The position numbers and the translations under genes are program-made. From Capsulimonadaceae bacterium (GTDB taxonomy: Bacteria; Armatimonadota; Armatimonadia; Armatimonadales; Capsulimonadaceae): a stretch of 64,000 nucleotides of DNA. The first letter of the stretch is position 1. Each line of letters opens with the position of its first letter. A model generated the notes under the pieces. The model did not search any database and was not told where the DNA came from. It saw only the letters and a program-made list of their open reading frames with translations. Where the stretch lies: positions 4,701,835-4,765,834 of the forward strand of contig OZ244065.1 in NCBI GenBank assembly GCA_965215505.1, in the 5' to 3' direction. Shown here piece by piece: positions 8,120 to 15,706 of this stretch.

Positions 8120-9937
8120 TTATTCTTCGTCTTGGCCTTCTGCGGCGGTCAGGTCTGGCGCTTTAGAACCGTCATCAGCTTTCTGATATGGTTGGAAATA
8201 GCTCTCAAAGAACCCGAAAGCGCAAAAGTCGCTGTCGTACTTTTCGACGCTCTCATCGAAGCTGAGAATTTTTTCTGCTAATTCACTTGAAGTGCGGAAT
8301 GTGAACTTAGTACGATCATGCATCACGAGTTTTTGGTTGATCTCGTTGTGCAATTTGACTACATCAGGCAATGTCGAGATGCGACGGGACAGCAGCCCAA
8401 CGTAGTTCTTCTCGAAAGATTTGATGGGGCTTTTAGGTCCAGCGAATTGGCGGCCCATCTTGCCAAGAAGTGAGCCAACTTGATAGCTTTGAGAACCCTG
8501 TATGTCCATGAGGCGGTCCCCTTCGTAATTTTGCAACAGTATCAGAAAGTAGAAATCGTATTTGAACAGGTTAAAACCAGTTCCACCGTTGCGAATATTG
8601 AACTGTGTTTTTTCGATAAGCGCAGGCAGCAGAACAGGATCGTCGTAATAGGTTTCGCTATAAATTTGCGGCAAGACTTTAAACAGATGGTTCTGGTACT
8701 TCTTTTTCGCCCGCGTCATGTCTCCTAGTATGTTTAGGAATGAACGAGTAATATCTAGCGGAGCAAGATCCTTCTTGAATAGAAGCTGTCTTTCTTGATT
8801 CAACTTGTTGCGGATATGACGTACTTTCTTACTGAGATCAGTGAGCCGACTTTTTTCCAGGCCGGAGATTTCGAGCAAATCTGAATCCGGCGTAGAAGGA
8901 CCACTTCCTGCCTTGCTGAAGATAAAGTCAAACTGAACGATGTTATCATCAACATCATCCATGACGGCTGCAAAGAGCTTATCTAGGTTTGTTTCATCAC
9001 CAGAAATCTCAGGTGAGGGAGCCGCAAGATTTTCCTCGCTTTGCTCCGCTCGGCTCAACGACTTCCGCTCGAAAAACGTCTCAATCTGCTTCGCTGTTAG
9101 GCGGCTGGTGCTGTCTTGTTCATTGCCACGGGGCAGGACGATGATCTTGACGTCCCGTTCGCGAATGACAGCTCTCTGCGAGTAATCGATAGCATAAAGC
9201 AGATTCAAAACATCGTCAAATGAGCGAAAGATGCGACTCTTATACTGGCTCTTGCTATCAAACCCAGGAGCATTATTCTTTCCCGAAGCAAGCGTTTTAT
9301 AAAGAGCCTTTTTGAGAACATAACCGTTCGCGATCTCTGAATACTCGACGAACTCATCAAGCAGTTTTTCATTGATGAGCTTCATCTCGCCTTCAAACTC
9401 ATACCAACTTTTGCCATCAAAATCAAAGTGCAAAAAGATGCTAGGCTTGTCGTGAAGAAGCGCCTCCAAAGCTTCAATGTTGGCCTTTAGCGAACTGCGA
9501 AACTTTTCAATATGAGAATCTGCAAACGCGGCGGCATCTTGTTGGCCGCGCACGAAAGAATTGACTTGGAAGCCCTTTGCCGCCACGGATGGATCACCAA
9601 GAACGAAGTTCGTTTCAGTGATGCTGATGTCGCCCGTTTTGTTATTCGTGACCGTTTGATAGCATATGTCGCCAAAGATATACTTCTTCATCGAGTCCGC
9701 ATCAGAGGTCTTATAGTTGAGATAAAACAGACGGTTCTTGATGAAATCCTCGTCTGTCAGAGGCACCCTGTTGTTGAGGTCGAACGTAAAATCAGGCCGT
9801 ACAGGAATGGAGTAGTAGCTGATTGGCTGTTTCTCAGTGGTTTGTGGTGCTTGCTTAACATACCGATGATGCTTGAGACCACCAGGGCCTTTTACATTGC
9901 GGAAAGTTTCGCCGATCTTCAAAAGCGTTTCTAACAT
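8120..9937 (-). CDS. cas8b: Cas8b-like large subunit of type I-B Cascade
   Basis: The product is 605 aa and is the first gene of the cas8-cas7-cas5-cas3 block. Size, position and the lysine/asparagine-rich composition fit Cas8b. The family call rests on context more than on motifs I can name. Confidence 0.75.
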   Translation of the reverse strand: MLETLLKIGETFRNVKGPGGLKHHRYVKQAPQTTEKQPISYYSIPVRPDFTFDLNNRVPLTDEDFIKNRLFYLNYKTSDADSMKKYIFGDICYQTVTNNKTGDISITETNFVLGDPSVAAKGFQVNSFVRGQQDAAAFADSHIEKFRSSLKANIEALEALLHDKPSIFLHFDFDGKSWYEFEGEMKLINEKLLDEFVEYSEIANGYVLKKALYKTLASGKNNAPGFDSKSQYKSRIFRSFDDVLNLLYAIDYSQRAVIRERDVKIIVLPRGNEQDSTSRLTAKQIETFFERKSLSRAEQSEENLAAPSPEISGDETNLDKLFAAVMDDVDDNIVQFDFIFSKAGSGPSTPDSDLLEISGLEKSRLTDLSKKVRHIRNKLNQERQLLFKKDLAPLDITRSFLNILGDMTRAKKKYQNHLFKVLPQIYSETYYDDPVLLPALIEKTQFNIRNGGTGFNLFKYDFYFLILLQNYEGDRLMDIQGSQSYQVGSLLGKMGRQFAGPKSPIKSFEKNYVGLLSRRISTLPDVVKLHNEINQKLVMHDRTKFTFRTSSELAEKILSFDESVEKYDSDFCAFGFFESYFQPYQKADDGSKAPDLTAAEGQDEE

Positions 9938-10011
9938 GGCATTTCCTGTTACCGCATTCTTGCGATGCGCTCGTCATAGAACGGAAGAAGCAGAAGTGCT
10001 CAGTGAAGATG

Positions 10012-10440
10012 AGAGATTGTGACCTGCGGCCCTAATCTCCGGCGAGGCACAAGTGCCAGGCGTTGCTATCTGTCCACAACACCATGTAGCCGAAGCAGGT
10101 CGTTTGGCGACCATTCGGGCCGCAGGAACATTTGGGAGAATTATAGCACAGGAAGCAGGGAAACAGCAAAGGGAGAGGGCGACCTGCGGCCCTATCTTCA
10201 GCGAGGCCCTGGGCCAGACGTTGTAACGCCGTGTGACCGAAGAAAGACGTGAAGCGACCGTTCGAGCCGCAGGGACATTTACAGGCGCAGTATACCCCAA
10301 AGAACAGGAGCGCGGGTGGGGCGAAGGGACGACCTGCGATCCTATCTCCCGCGCGAGGCGGGAGCAGGCCGCGAACGCGACTTTTCGGAGTGCAGGGACG
10401 TTTGTCCTCGCGGTATGCCCTAAAGAATCCGCATTGTTCC
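10012..10440. repeat. Three tandem, diverged units of 150-160 bp immediately upstream of cas8b
   Basis: The anchor GACCTGCGGCCCT occurs at 10021 and 10181, and as GACCTGCGATCCT at 10331. Each is complementary to a downstream partner: GGGCCGCAGG at 10117-10126, GCCGCAGG at 10266-10273, GCAGG at 10392-10396. On the - strand each unit carries a -10-like hexamer: TATAAT (10145-10140), TATACT (10294-10289), degenerate in unit 3. Confidence 0.85.
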
Positions 10441-10543
10441 GTTGTTCTCGATTCATCGGAGTTGCCCTTTCCCGCGCGCTTATCTGCCATTCTTTTGTGT
10501 TCCACAGGGGGTATAATTCACCTGACCCTGGAGGAACACCGCC

Positions 10544-10783
10544 ATGACGGTCTTGCTGTCTTTAACAACGGAACAGGAACAAAAACTGACGCAAGCGGCC
10601 CAGGCGCGGGGTCTGGATGCCGACCGTCTCTTACACGAGGTGCTGGATACGGCTCTCGCGCAATTAGAACCCGCGTCGGTGCCCACGCCCAAACGGATGC
10701 CGGACCTTCACTTCGGCCAAACCTGGGTTAGTGACGATTTTGATGCGCCTCTGCCCGATAGTTTCTGGCTAGGTGAAGAATGA
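10544..10783 (+). CDS. Type II antitoxin (VapB-like, DUF2281-like C-terminus)
   Basis: The product is 79 aa. Its stop overlaps the downstream PIN toxin start in an ATGA arrangement. The C-terminal DDFDAPLPDSFW motif is typical of this antitoxin class. Confidence 0.75.
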   Translation: MTVLLSLTTEQEQKLTQAAQARGLDADRLLHEVLDTALAQLEPASVPTPKRMPDLHFGQTWVSDDFDAPLPDSFWLGEE

Positions 10784-11166
10784 ACCTCCTCCTGGACACC
10801 CACACATTTCTTTGGTGGGACAACGGTTCCGTCAATCTCTCGCCCCGCGTGCTTGCGCTCTGCAACGACCCGACCGTGATTCTGTATCTGAGCCTGGTCA
10901 GTCTCTGGGAGCTTCAGATCAAGAGCGGCCTGGGCAAACTGTCTTTGCGCCTGCCGCTACGAGCGCTTGTGGCGGACCATCAGCAAAAGAATGGGATGCG
11001 ACTGCTGCCGATCACCCTCGACCATCTCCTCGCGCTGGACGCTCTGCCACACCATCATAAAGACCCGTTCGACCGTCTTCTGATCGCGCAGGCGCAGGTG
11101 GAAGGCATGTCCTTAGCCAGCATGGATCATGTTTTTGCCGGCTACCCTGTTTCCCTTATTTGGTGA
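10780..11166 (+). CDS. vapC: PIN-domain type II toxin (VapC family)
   Basis: The product is 128 aa. It has an N-terminal LLLDTHTFLWW acidic motif and C-terminal DPFDRLLIAQA, both typical of PIN toxins. Confidence 0.85.
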   Translation: MNLLLDTHTFLWWDNGSVNLSPRVLALCNDPTVILYLSLVSLWELQIKSGLGKLSLRLPLRALVADHQQKNGMRLLPITLDHLLALDALPHHHKDPFDRLLIAQAQVEGMSLASMDHVFAGYPVSLIW

Positions 11167-11918
11167 CCTTTGATGTCCACCATGCCGAATCCCGCCGCGT
11201 TCTTCTCGCCGAAGCCGGTTTCGTATCCCACTCGCATCAGGTCCACGGAACCGGAAACGGTGAACGGGCAGAAGGCACCGACGATTCGGATGTTCTTGAA
11301 TGTCGTCAGCTTGGTCCCGCCGCCCGTCCGGGCCAGGTAGGCGGGGCCGAAGGCCAGCGCGAAGCGGTCGTCGTCGGGCAGGTCCCCATAAACCAGGCGG
11401 TGCTTGCGGAGCAGGTTGCGGCGCACGGCCTCGGAGAAAGCCTCCCCGTCACTGGGCCGCAGGTAGCGCGTCCCTCCGTCCGGCAGCGGCAGGGCGGCGA
11501 CAACCGGCGACAGGCAGGTGAAGGCGGTCGTCTCGGACAGGATGGGGGCGGCCAGCGTCTCGATCTGCGTGATGGGGAGTGTCGCCGGGCCGACCCGGAG
11601 CGCCCCCGCCGCCAGCAGGCCCGTGGCGAGGTTCGTCAGGAACGGCTCCACCGGCGAGGCGATCAGCCATTCCAGCGGGCCGGGCGCGAAGCGCAGCATG
11701 TCGCCGTCCACGGTGCGCCGCGTGCCCCGCAGCCAGGAGAACGTGAACAGCTTGAAGCGCCGCCCGTCCTCATCCGCGTAACCGTCGTCGTGCAGGAAGC
11801 GGGCGTAGTCGGCGTCCGAGGCCGCCAGGAGTCCGTAGACGGCAGCAGTCAACCACTCTTGGTAGTTGATCGGCAGCCGGGTCCCCGTTGAGTTGTCTAG
11901 ACAAACGCGCAGGCGCAT
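11142..11918 (-). CDS. cas6: Cas6 CRISPR RNA endoribonuclease
   Basis: The product is 258 aa. It has a RAMP-type N-terminus (MRLRVCL...LPINYQEWL) and a C-terminal glycine-rich loop (GFGEKNAAGFGMV). It is GC-rich and its 3' end overlaps vapC convergently by 25 nt. Confidence 0.85.
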   Translation of the reverse strand: MRLRVCLDNSTGTRLPINYQEWLTAAVYGLLAASDADYARFLHDDGYADEDGRRFKLFTFSWLRGTRRTVDGDMLRFAPGPLEWLIASPVEPFLTNLATGLLAAGALRVGPATLPITQIETLAAPILSETTAFTCLSPVVAALPLPDGGTRYLRPSDGEAFSEAVRRNLLRKHRLVYGDLPDDDRFALAFGPAYLARTGGGTKLTTFKNIRIVGAFCPFTVSGSVDLMRVGYETGFGEKNAAGFGMVDIKGHQIRETG

Positions 11919-12002
11919 CGCTTCCCCTCAGTCCTCTCTCAGTCCTCTTCTCGGTCCTTCATCTACAAGTATGGCATCCCACAGTGCAGCATAGCTGCAT
12001 TC

Positions 12003-13157
12003 TCACGACGCGGCGTAAATCTCGCGGAGTTTTTTCGCCTCCGCCGCCAGCTCCCGGCGCAGGGCAGGCGGCTCCAGGACCTCGACTTCGGCCCCGTAAC
12101 CCAGCAGCCAGCGCTTCACCTCCGCCGTCCCTGCCAGGGCCAGCGTCATCTCCAGGCTGCCGTCCGCCGCTTCCGCGCACTGCTGGCTGGGGTGGTAGCG
12201 CCGCTCGCGTATCCAGCGGGCCTGGTAGGGCGAGAAGCGCACCCGCACCGTCACCAGCGCTTCCCCGTGATGCAGCGCGAAGCCGTGACTCAGGTAGGCT
12301 TCCACGTCGAAATCGGCGTCACGCGCGAAGGCATCTCCGGGCGGGAGCAGCGCCCACTCGCGGACGCGCCCCAGGAAGAAGTCGCGGAAGCCCTGCCGCC
12401 ACTCGCACCAGGCGATCAGGTACGGCTCGCCGCGCCAGTGGTGCAGGTGGTACGGCTGCACGACCCGCTCGTTCACGTCGTCGCGGTGGGCGCTGTAGTA
12501 GAGGAGTTGGAGACGCCGCCGCTCCTCCAGCCCCCGGCGGCAGTCGTCCAGCAGAGCCGGGGACGCGCCCACGGCGCTCTGGGCCTGGATGGCACCGCCC
12601 ATGCTCTCCGCCGCCGTCTCTGCTAAAGATGACAGGAAGGGCTGGAGGCGCTGGGCCAAGGCGCTGACCGGCCCGGCGTCCGGCGCGGCCAGGTACTCGC
12701 GGGCGGCCAGGAGGGACCGGCGCAGGGTGGCGGCCTCCCGCTCGGTGAGGGCGAGGAACGGGAGCAGGTAGGTCGGGTCGGTGTAGGCCCACCCGCCGCG
12801 CCGCCGGTCGTAGACGAGGGGTGCGCCGAGGTTGTCCGTCAGGTGGCGGTGGTCGGCGAAGGCCGTGCGGCGGGAGACGCCGAACTGTTGGCAGACGGCC
12901 TCGGCGTTGGGGTAGTGCCGGCTGCGGATCTGGCTGTCGATCCAGTAAAGGCGTTCGATCTGAGACAAGGGACACTCGCTCCATGCCGTGAAAAGCCGTA
13001 AAGGCGGTTTCTTGCTCTCTGTTCCATAGAGGCCCGGCTTTTTCCTGTCTGTGTCAAGGAACGGAGAACGTAAGTGCCATTCAATCGTCCGTTGCCTCGG
13101 TCTTTGCTTCCCCTGCCCATTGCCGCGAGGGGACGTCCGTCGCCCGGACCCAGCCAC
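12003..13157 (-). CDS. HTH plus WYL-domain transcriptional regulator (probable CRISPR-Cas regulator)
   Basis: It has an N-terminal HTH (SQIERLYWIDSQIRSRHYPNAEAVCQQFGVSRRTAFADHRHL) and a WYL-like core (VVQPYHLHHWRGEPYLIAWC). It lies directly upstream of cas6 on the same strand. The ORF-maximal GTG start at 13157 is probably too far upstream; the true start is likely near 12968-13070. Confidence 0.8.
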   Translation of the reverse strand: MAGSGRRTSPRGNGQGKQRPRQRTIEWHLRSPFLDTDRKKPGLYGTESKKPPLRLFTAWSECPLSQIERLYWIDSQIRSRHYPNAEAVCQQFGVSRRTAFADHRHLTDNLGAPLVYDRRRGGWAYTDPTYLLPFLALTEREAATLRRSLLAAREYLAAPDAGPVSALAQRLQPFLSSLAETAAESMGGAIQAQSAVGASPALLDDCRRGLEERRRLQLLYYSAHRDDVNERVVQPYHLHHWRGEPYLIAWCEWRQGFRDFFLGRVREWALLPPGDAFARDADFDVEAYLSHGFALHHGEALVTVRVRFSPYQARWIRERRYHPSQQCAEAADGSLEMTLALAGTAEVKRWLLGYGAEVEVLEPPALRRELAAEAKKLREIYAAS

Positions 13158-13718
13158 GACCTCTGATCACCAGCGGTTTTTCCACAGGGTTATCCATAGT
13201 TGGCTTTCCAGCCTGCCGATTTTTGCGGAGGGCATTTACTGCTTTGATGCCTTACCCGGACGTGTGGCGTGGGTTATAATCTTGCGGGGAGAGTGGTTCC
13301 GCCCAGACGGAACCGTTCTTGGACAGCAAGGAAGATCAGGAAAGGATCTGGTACGGCGATCCGTTGCTCCCTGGACCCTGTCCGTTGTGTCACAACGTCC
13401 GCTGGTGCGGTCGGACGTGGGTTGACGCGGCGCGATCCTTCTGAGTCCCTCGTAACCCGTGCAAAGGTCTGACCATTATAAGCCGGGAACAACTGGAAGG
13501 GGTTTGTTCGCGCGAGCAAGCGATGGGCTAAGTCCCAGCCAGGAATATGCGGACAGGACTAGTCAGAGGCCCACGGTCAAACAGAACTGGTTGCATATCG
13601 TGAGGCTGAGAGGTGTGGGTGAGGCTTATAACTCTTGGCAAAGCCCACGCGCGGCCTCCCGGTCAGTATCCGCCACATTCCGTCCTAACAGAACGCCGGA
13701 CTGCGGCACCAAAAGGGG

Positions 13719-15296
13719 TTAATGACGCTTACGCAGTTCTTCAACCACATCCGCTATGTTGAAGGGCAGATTCAGGATTTTGCAAGCCCTTTGGTATCTC
13801 TTCCTGAAATTGTCGGCTTTGCTCTCTATCTTTCCTGACTCTTGTAGGAACTTGTAAGCGCCTTGGTAAGAGGGCCAGCTTTTTTGCTTGATGTAAATGT
13901 GTAAGACGTCCCTCACCAGCCGGAGGCTGTCTTGGTTGGAGATTTTGTACCTGGTAGCTCCATGCGCTTTCCTCATAAGCGATGCTTGTTCCCTAAGATA
14001 GATCTCCCTGATGGTATCTGCCGTGACCCAGGAGTCAGCCTCAATCGTGATGCTGTCATGCGAAGCCTTCCCGTTCATCAGGCACTCAGCGGCCACACTG
14101 GCTGCATCCGAAGCGTCCATATTCACCACAATGCTTTTGGAAGTGCGGACACTCACCGGTCTATAATCCGCCTTGTCGGTCAGGACGAACATAGCTTGCT
14201 CCCGGCGTCCACCTGGGATCGCGTTCATGACGATCCGCGAGATGAGAAGGTCATAAAGCTCCTCCACCACTGAGCTCGTAAAGAAGCGGGTAAACCTGCC
14301 CGGCGTGTTTTCATTTTCACTCCCTTCGAGATCTGCTTCCCAGAAAAAAGGGTCACGGAGCAGTTTTACGGGTTTATGGTCCGACACCAGTGTCTTCTCA
14401 ATGATGCAACTTCTGCTTCCTGTAGCCCCCGTGCTGCCCGAGGTTACTTCAATGCTGACCGTATACTTGTACCAACGATGTACCTTCCCCAAAGAACCAT
14501 AATGAACAACGGTTGAAGGATAAGTAACTGTCTGACCCTTCAGCCGCTTCCTCTGTTCAGGCGTAACCACTTCTACGGCTTGATTTAGTACCTTCGCCTT
14601 ATGATCCGTGACAGAGGCACCTAACCCCTCGATGTCTGTGAAAGAAAGATACCGGAGAGCGGGGGAGGAGAGAAAAGCCCGCGCCTGGGCTGTGGACAAA
14701 AGGCCTGAAGGCAGGTATTTCTCTCGAAACACTTGCACCTGCGGTAAGAACCCGCAAAGCACACCCCGATGCATTGAAATTGCTTCTATGCCTTCCCGCT
14801 CTTGGGGGCTGAACACTTCTAGACCAACAGGGATCTTCTCTTGCTGAAGAGGCTCCTTAGAAAGCTCAACACTCTCAGCCTGTTGACGGGAACTTTGTTG
14901 TGGCAGTGACCGAGGAGCCTTAGAACACAAGTCTCTTGCTATTTTCCTTTCGAGGTCGTTTTTTGCAACCCCTTGAAGAGCTGATTCAAAACTCTCCCAT
15001 TGCCTGGCTTCTTCCCTTTTCTCCCTCGTTAGTTGTCCCTTCACTCGTTCAACTATTTCCGCTTTTTCGCGTTCATCTAGGCCATCGTGGACCCCTCCAA
15101 TATCGTAATCTGCCGATAATCGTACAAGAAAATACAAAGTCGCTGTCGTAAACTCGACCAAATTTAATCTTTCCCTGAGCCAGTCAAGTGAAGAAATCAG
15201 TTGCTCCTCATCCTCTTCCATTGCCCTGTCCATATCTTCAAAGTCAGACATATAAGCCTCTCTAAATGTCTTGTGGATAATAGTACATGTCGTCAA
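13719..15296 (-). CDS. Hypothetical protein with no recognisable family (525 aa from the ORF-maximal start; 510 aa from the SD-preceded ATG at 15251)
   Basis: This is a long uninterrupted ORF in the most AT-rich part of the element. GAGAGG lies 6 nt upstream of the ATG at 15251. The N-terminus is acidic and the product has no transmembrane segments. Confidence 0.7.
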   Translation of the reverse strand: MTTCTIIHKTFREAYMSDFEDMDRAMEEDEEQLISSLDWLRERLNLVEFTTATLYFLVRLSADYDIGGVHDGLDEREKAEIVERVKGQLTREKREEARQWESFESALQGVAKNDLERKIARDLCSKAPRSLPQQSSRQQAESVELSKEPLQQEKIPVGLEVFSPQEREGIEAISMHRGVLCGFLPQVQVFREKYLPSGLLSTAQARAFLSSPALRYLSFTDIEGLGASVTDHKAKVLNQAVEVVTPEQRKRLKGQTVTYPSTVVHYGSLGKVHRWYKYTVSIEVTSGSTGATGSRSCIIEKTLVSDHKPVKLLRDPFFWEADLEGSENENTPGRFTRFFTSSVVEELYDLLISRIVMNAIPGGRREQAMFVLTDKADYRPVSVRTSKSIVVNMDASDAASVAAECLMNGKASHDSITIEADSWVTADTIREIYLREQASLMRKAHGATRYKISNQDSLRLVRDVLHIYIKQKSWPSYQGAYKFLQESGKIESKADNFRKRYQRACKILNLPFNIADVVEELRKRH

Positions 15297-15380
15297 CGGG
15301 ACGCGGAGCTAAGAGGGGCCACAATCAGCCTTTGAGTCCAATCTGCCACCGGAACGAACAACCTACAGAGGAGGTAACGC

Positions 15381-15512
15381 ATGAAGCCTACGACACCGCA
15401 CAGCCAACCCACGCCTAACCCGCATTGGGTCATGTTCTGGCAAAAAGTTCGAGCCGCAGCGGATGAGTTACGCCGCCTCGAAGCCGAGCAGGCTCAGGGC
15501 GACCAGCTTTAG
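15381..15512 (+). CDS. Small hypothetical protein (43 aa)
   Basis: Translated by hand as MKPTTPHSQPTPNPHWVMFWQKVRAAADELRRLEAEQAQGDQL. A strong SD (GAGGAGG) lies 7 nt upstream. It is too short for the ORF track. Confidence 0.45.
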   Translation: MKPTTPHSQPTPNPHWVMFWQKVRAAADELRRLEAEQAQGDQL

Positions 15513-15535
15513 ATCGAGATCACAAGGAGATCACA

Positions 15536-15706
15536 ATGAACAGTGTTCCATTCAATCGCCCCACAGGCAGCCCCGGCCCGCGCCGCCCCGTTCTGCCGCC
15601 CCGTCTCTTTCTCGACTTGCCCTTACCTGGCCTGGGGCAAACGAGTATTACCGGGGCGCAAACGCCACCGGCGGGCGTCACGGAGTGGGAGAGGGGAAAA
15701 GCCTGA
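15536..15706 (+). CDS. Small hypothetical protein (56 aa) translationally coupled to rep
   Basis: Translated by hand as MNSVPFNRPTGSPGPRRPVLPPRLFLDLPLPGLGQTSITGAQTPPAGVTEWERGKA. An AAGGAG SD lies upstream. Its stop overlaps the rep ATG (TGATG). Confidence 0.45.
   Translation: MNSVPFNRPTGSPGPRRPVLPPRLFLDLPLPGLGQTSITGAQTPPAGVTEWERGKA

Noticed and set aside
9974-10731. ORFs of 157-160 aa on both strands across the tandem-repeat region (9974-10456, 10032-10505, 10249-10731)
   Set aside because: Their internal peptide repeats simply follow the DNA repeats. Several frames are open at once, there are no SD sites, and one runs into the vapB gene. The region is better explained as non-coding.
13280-13700. 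Possibility that the hairpin-rich stretch after the TATAAT box is RNase P RNA, tmRNA, SRP RNA or a tRNA integration target
   Set aside because: I could not find the conserved signatures: GGAAAGTCCGG and ACAGAACCCGGCTTA-type P4 strands, a tRNA-like GGTTCGAATCC end with CCA, or the SRP GGAAGCAGCC motif. No cloverleaf is apparent.
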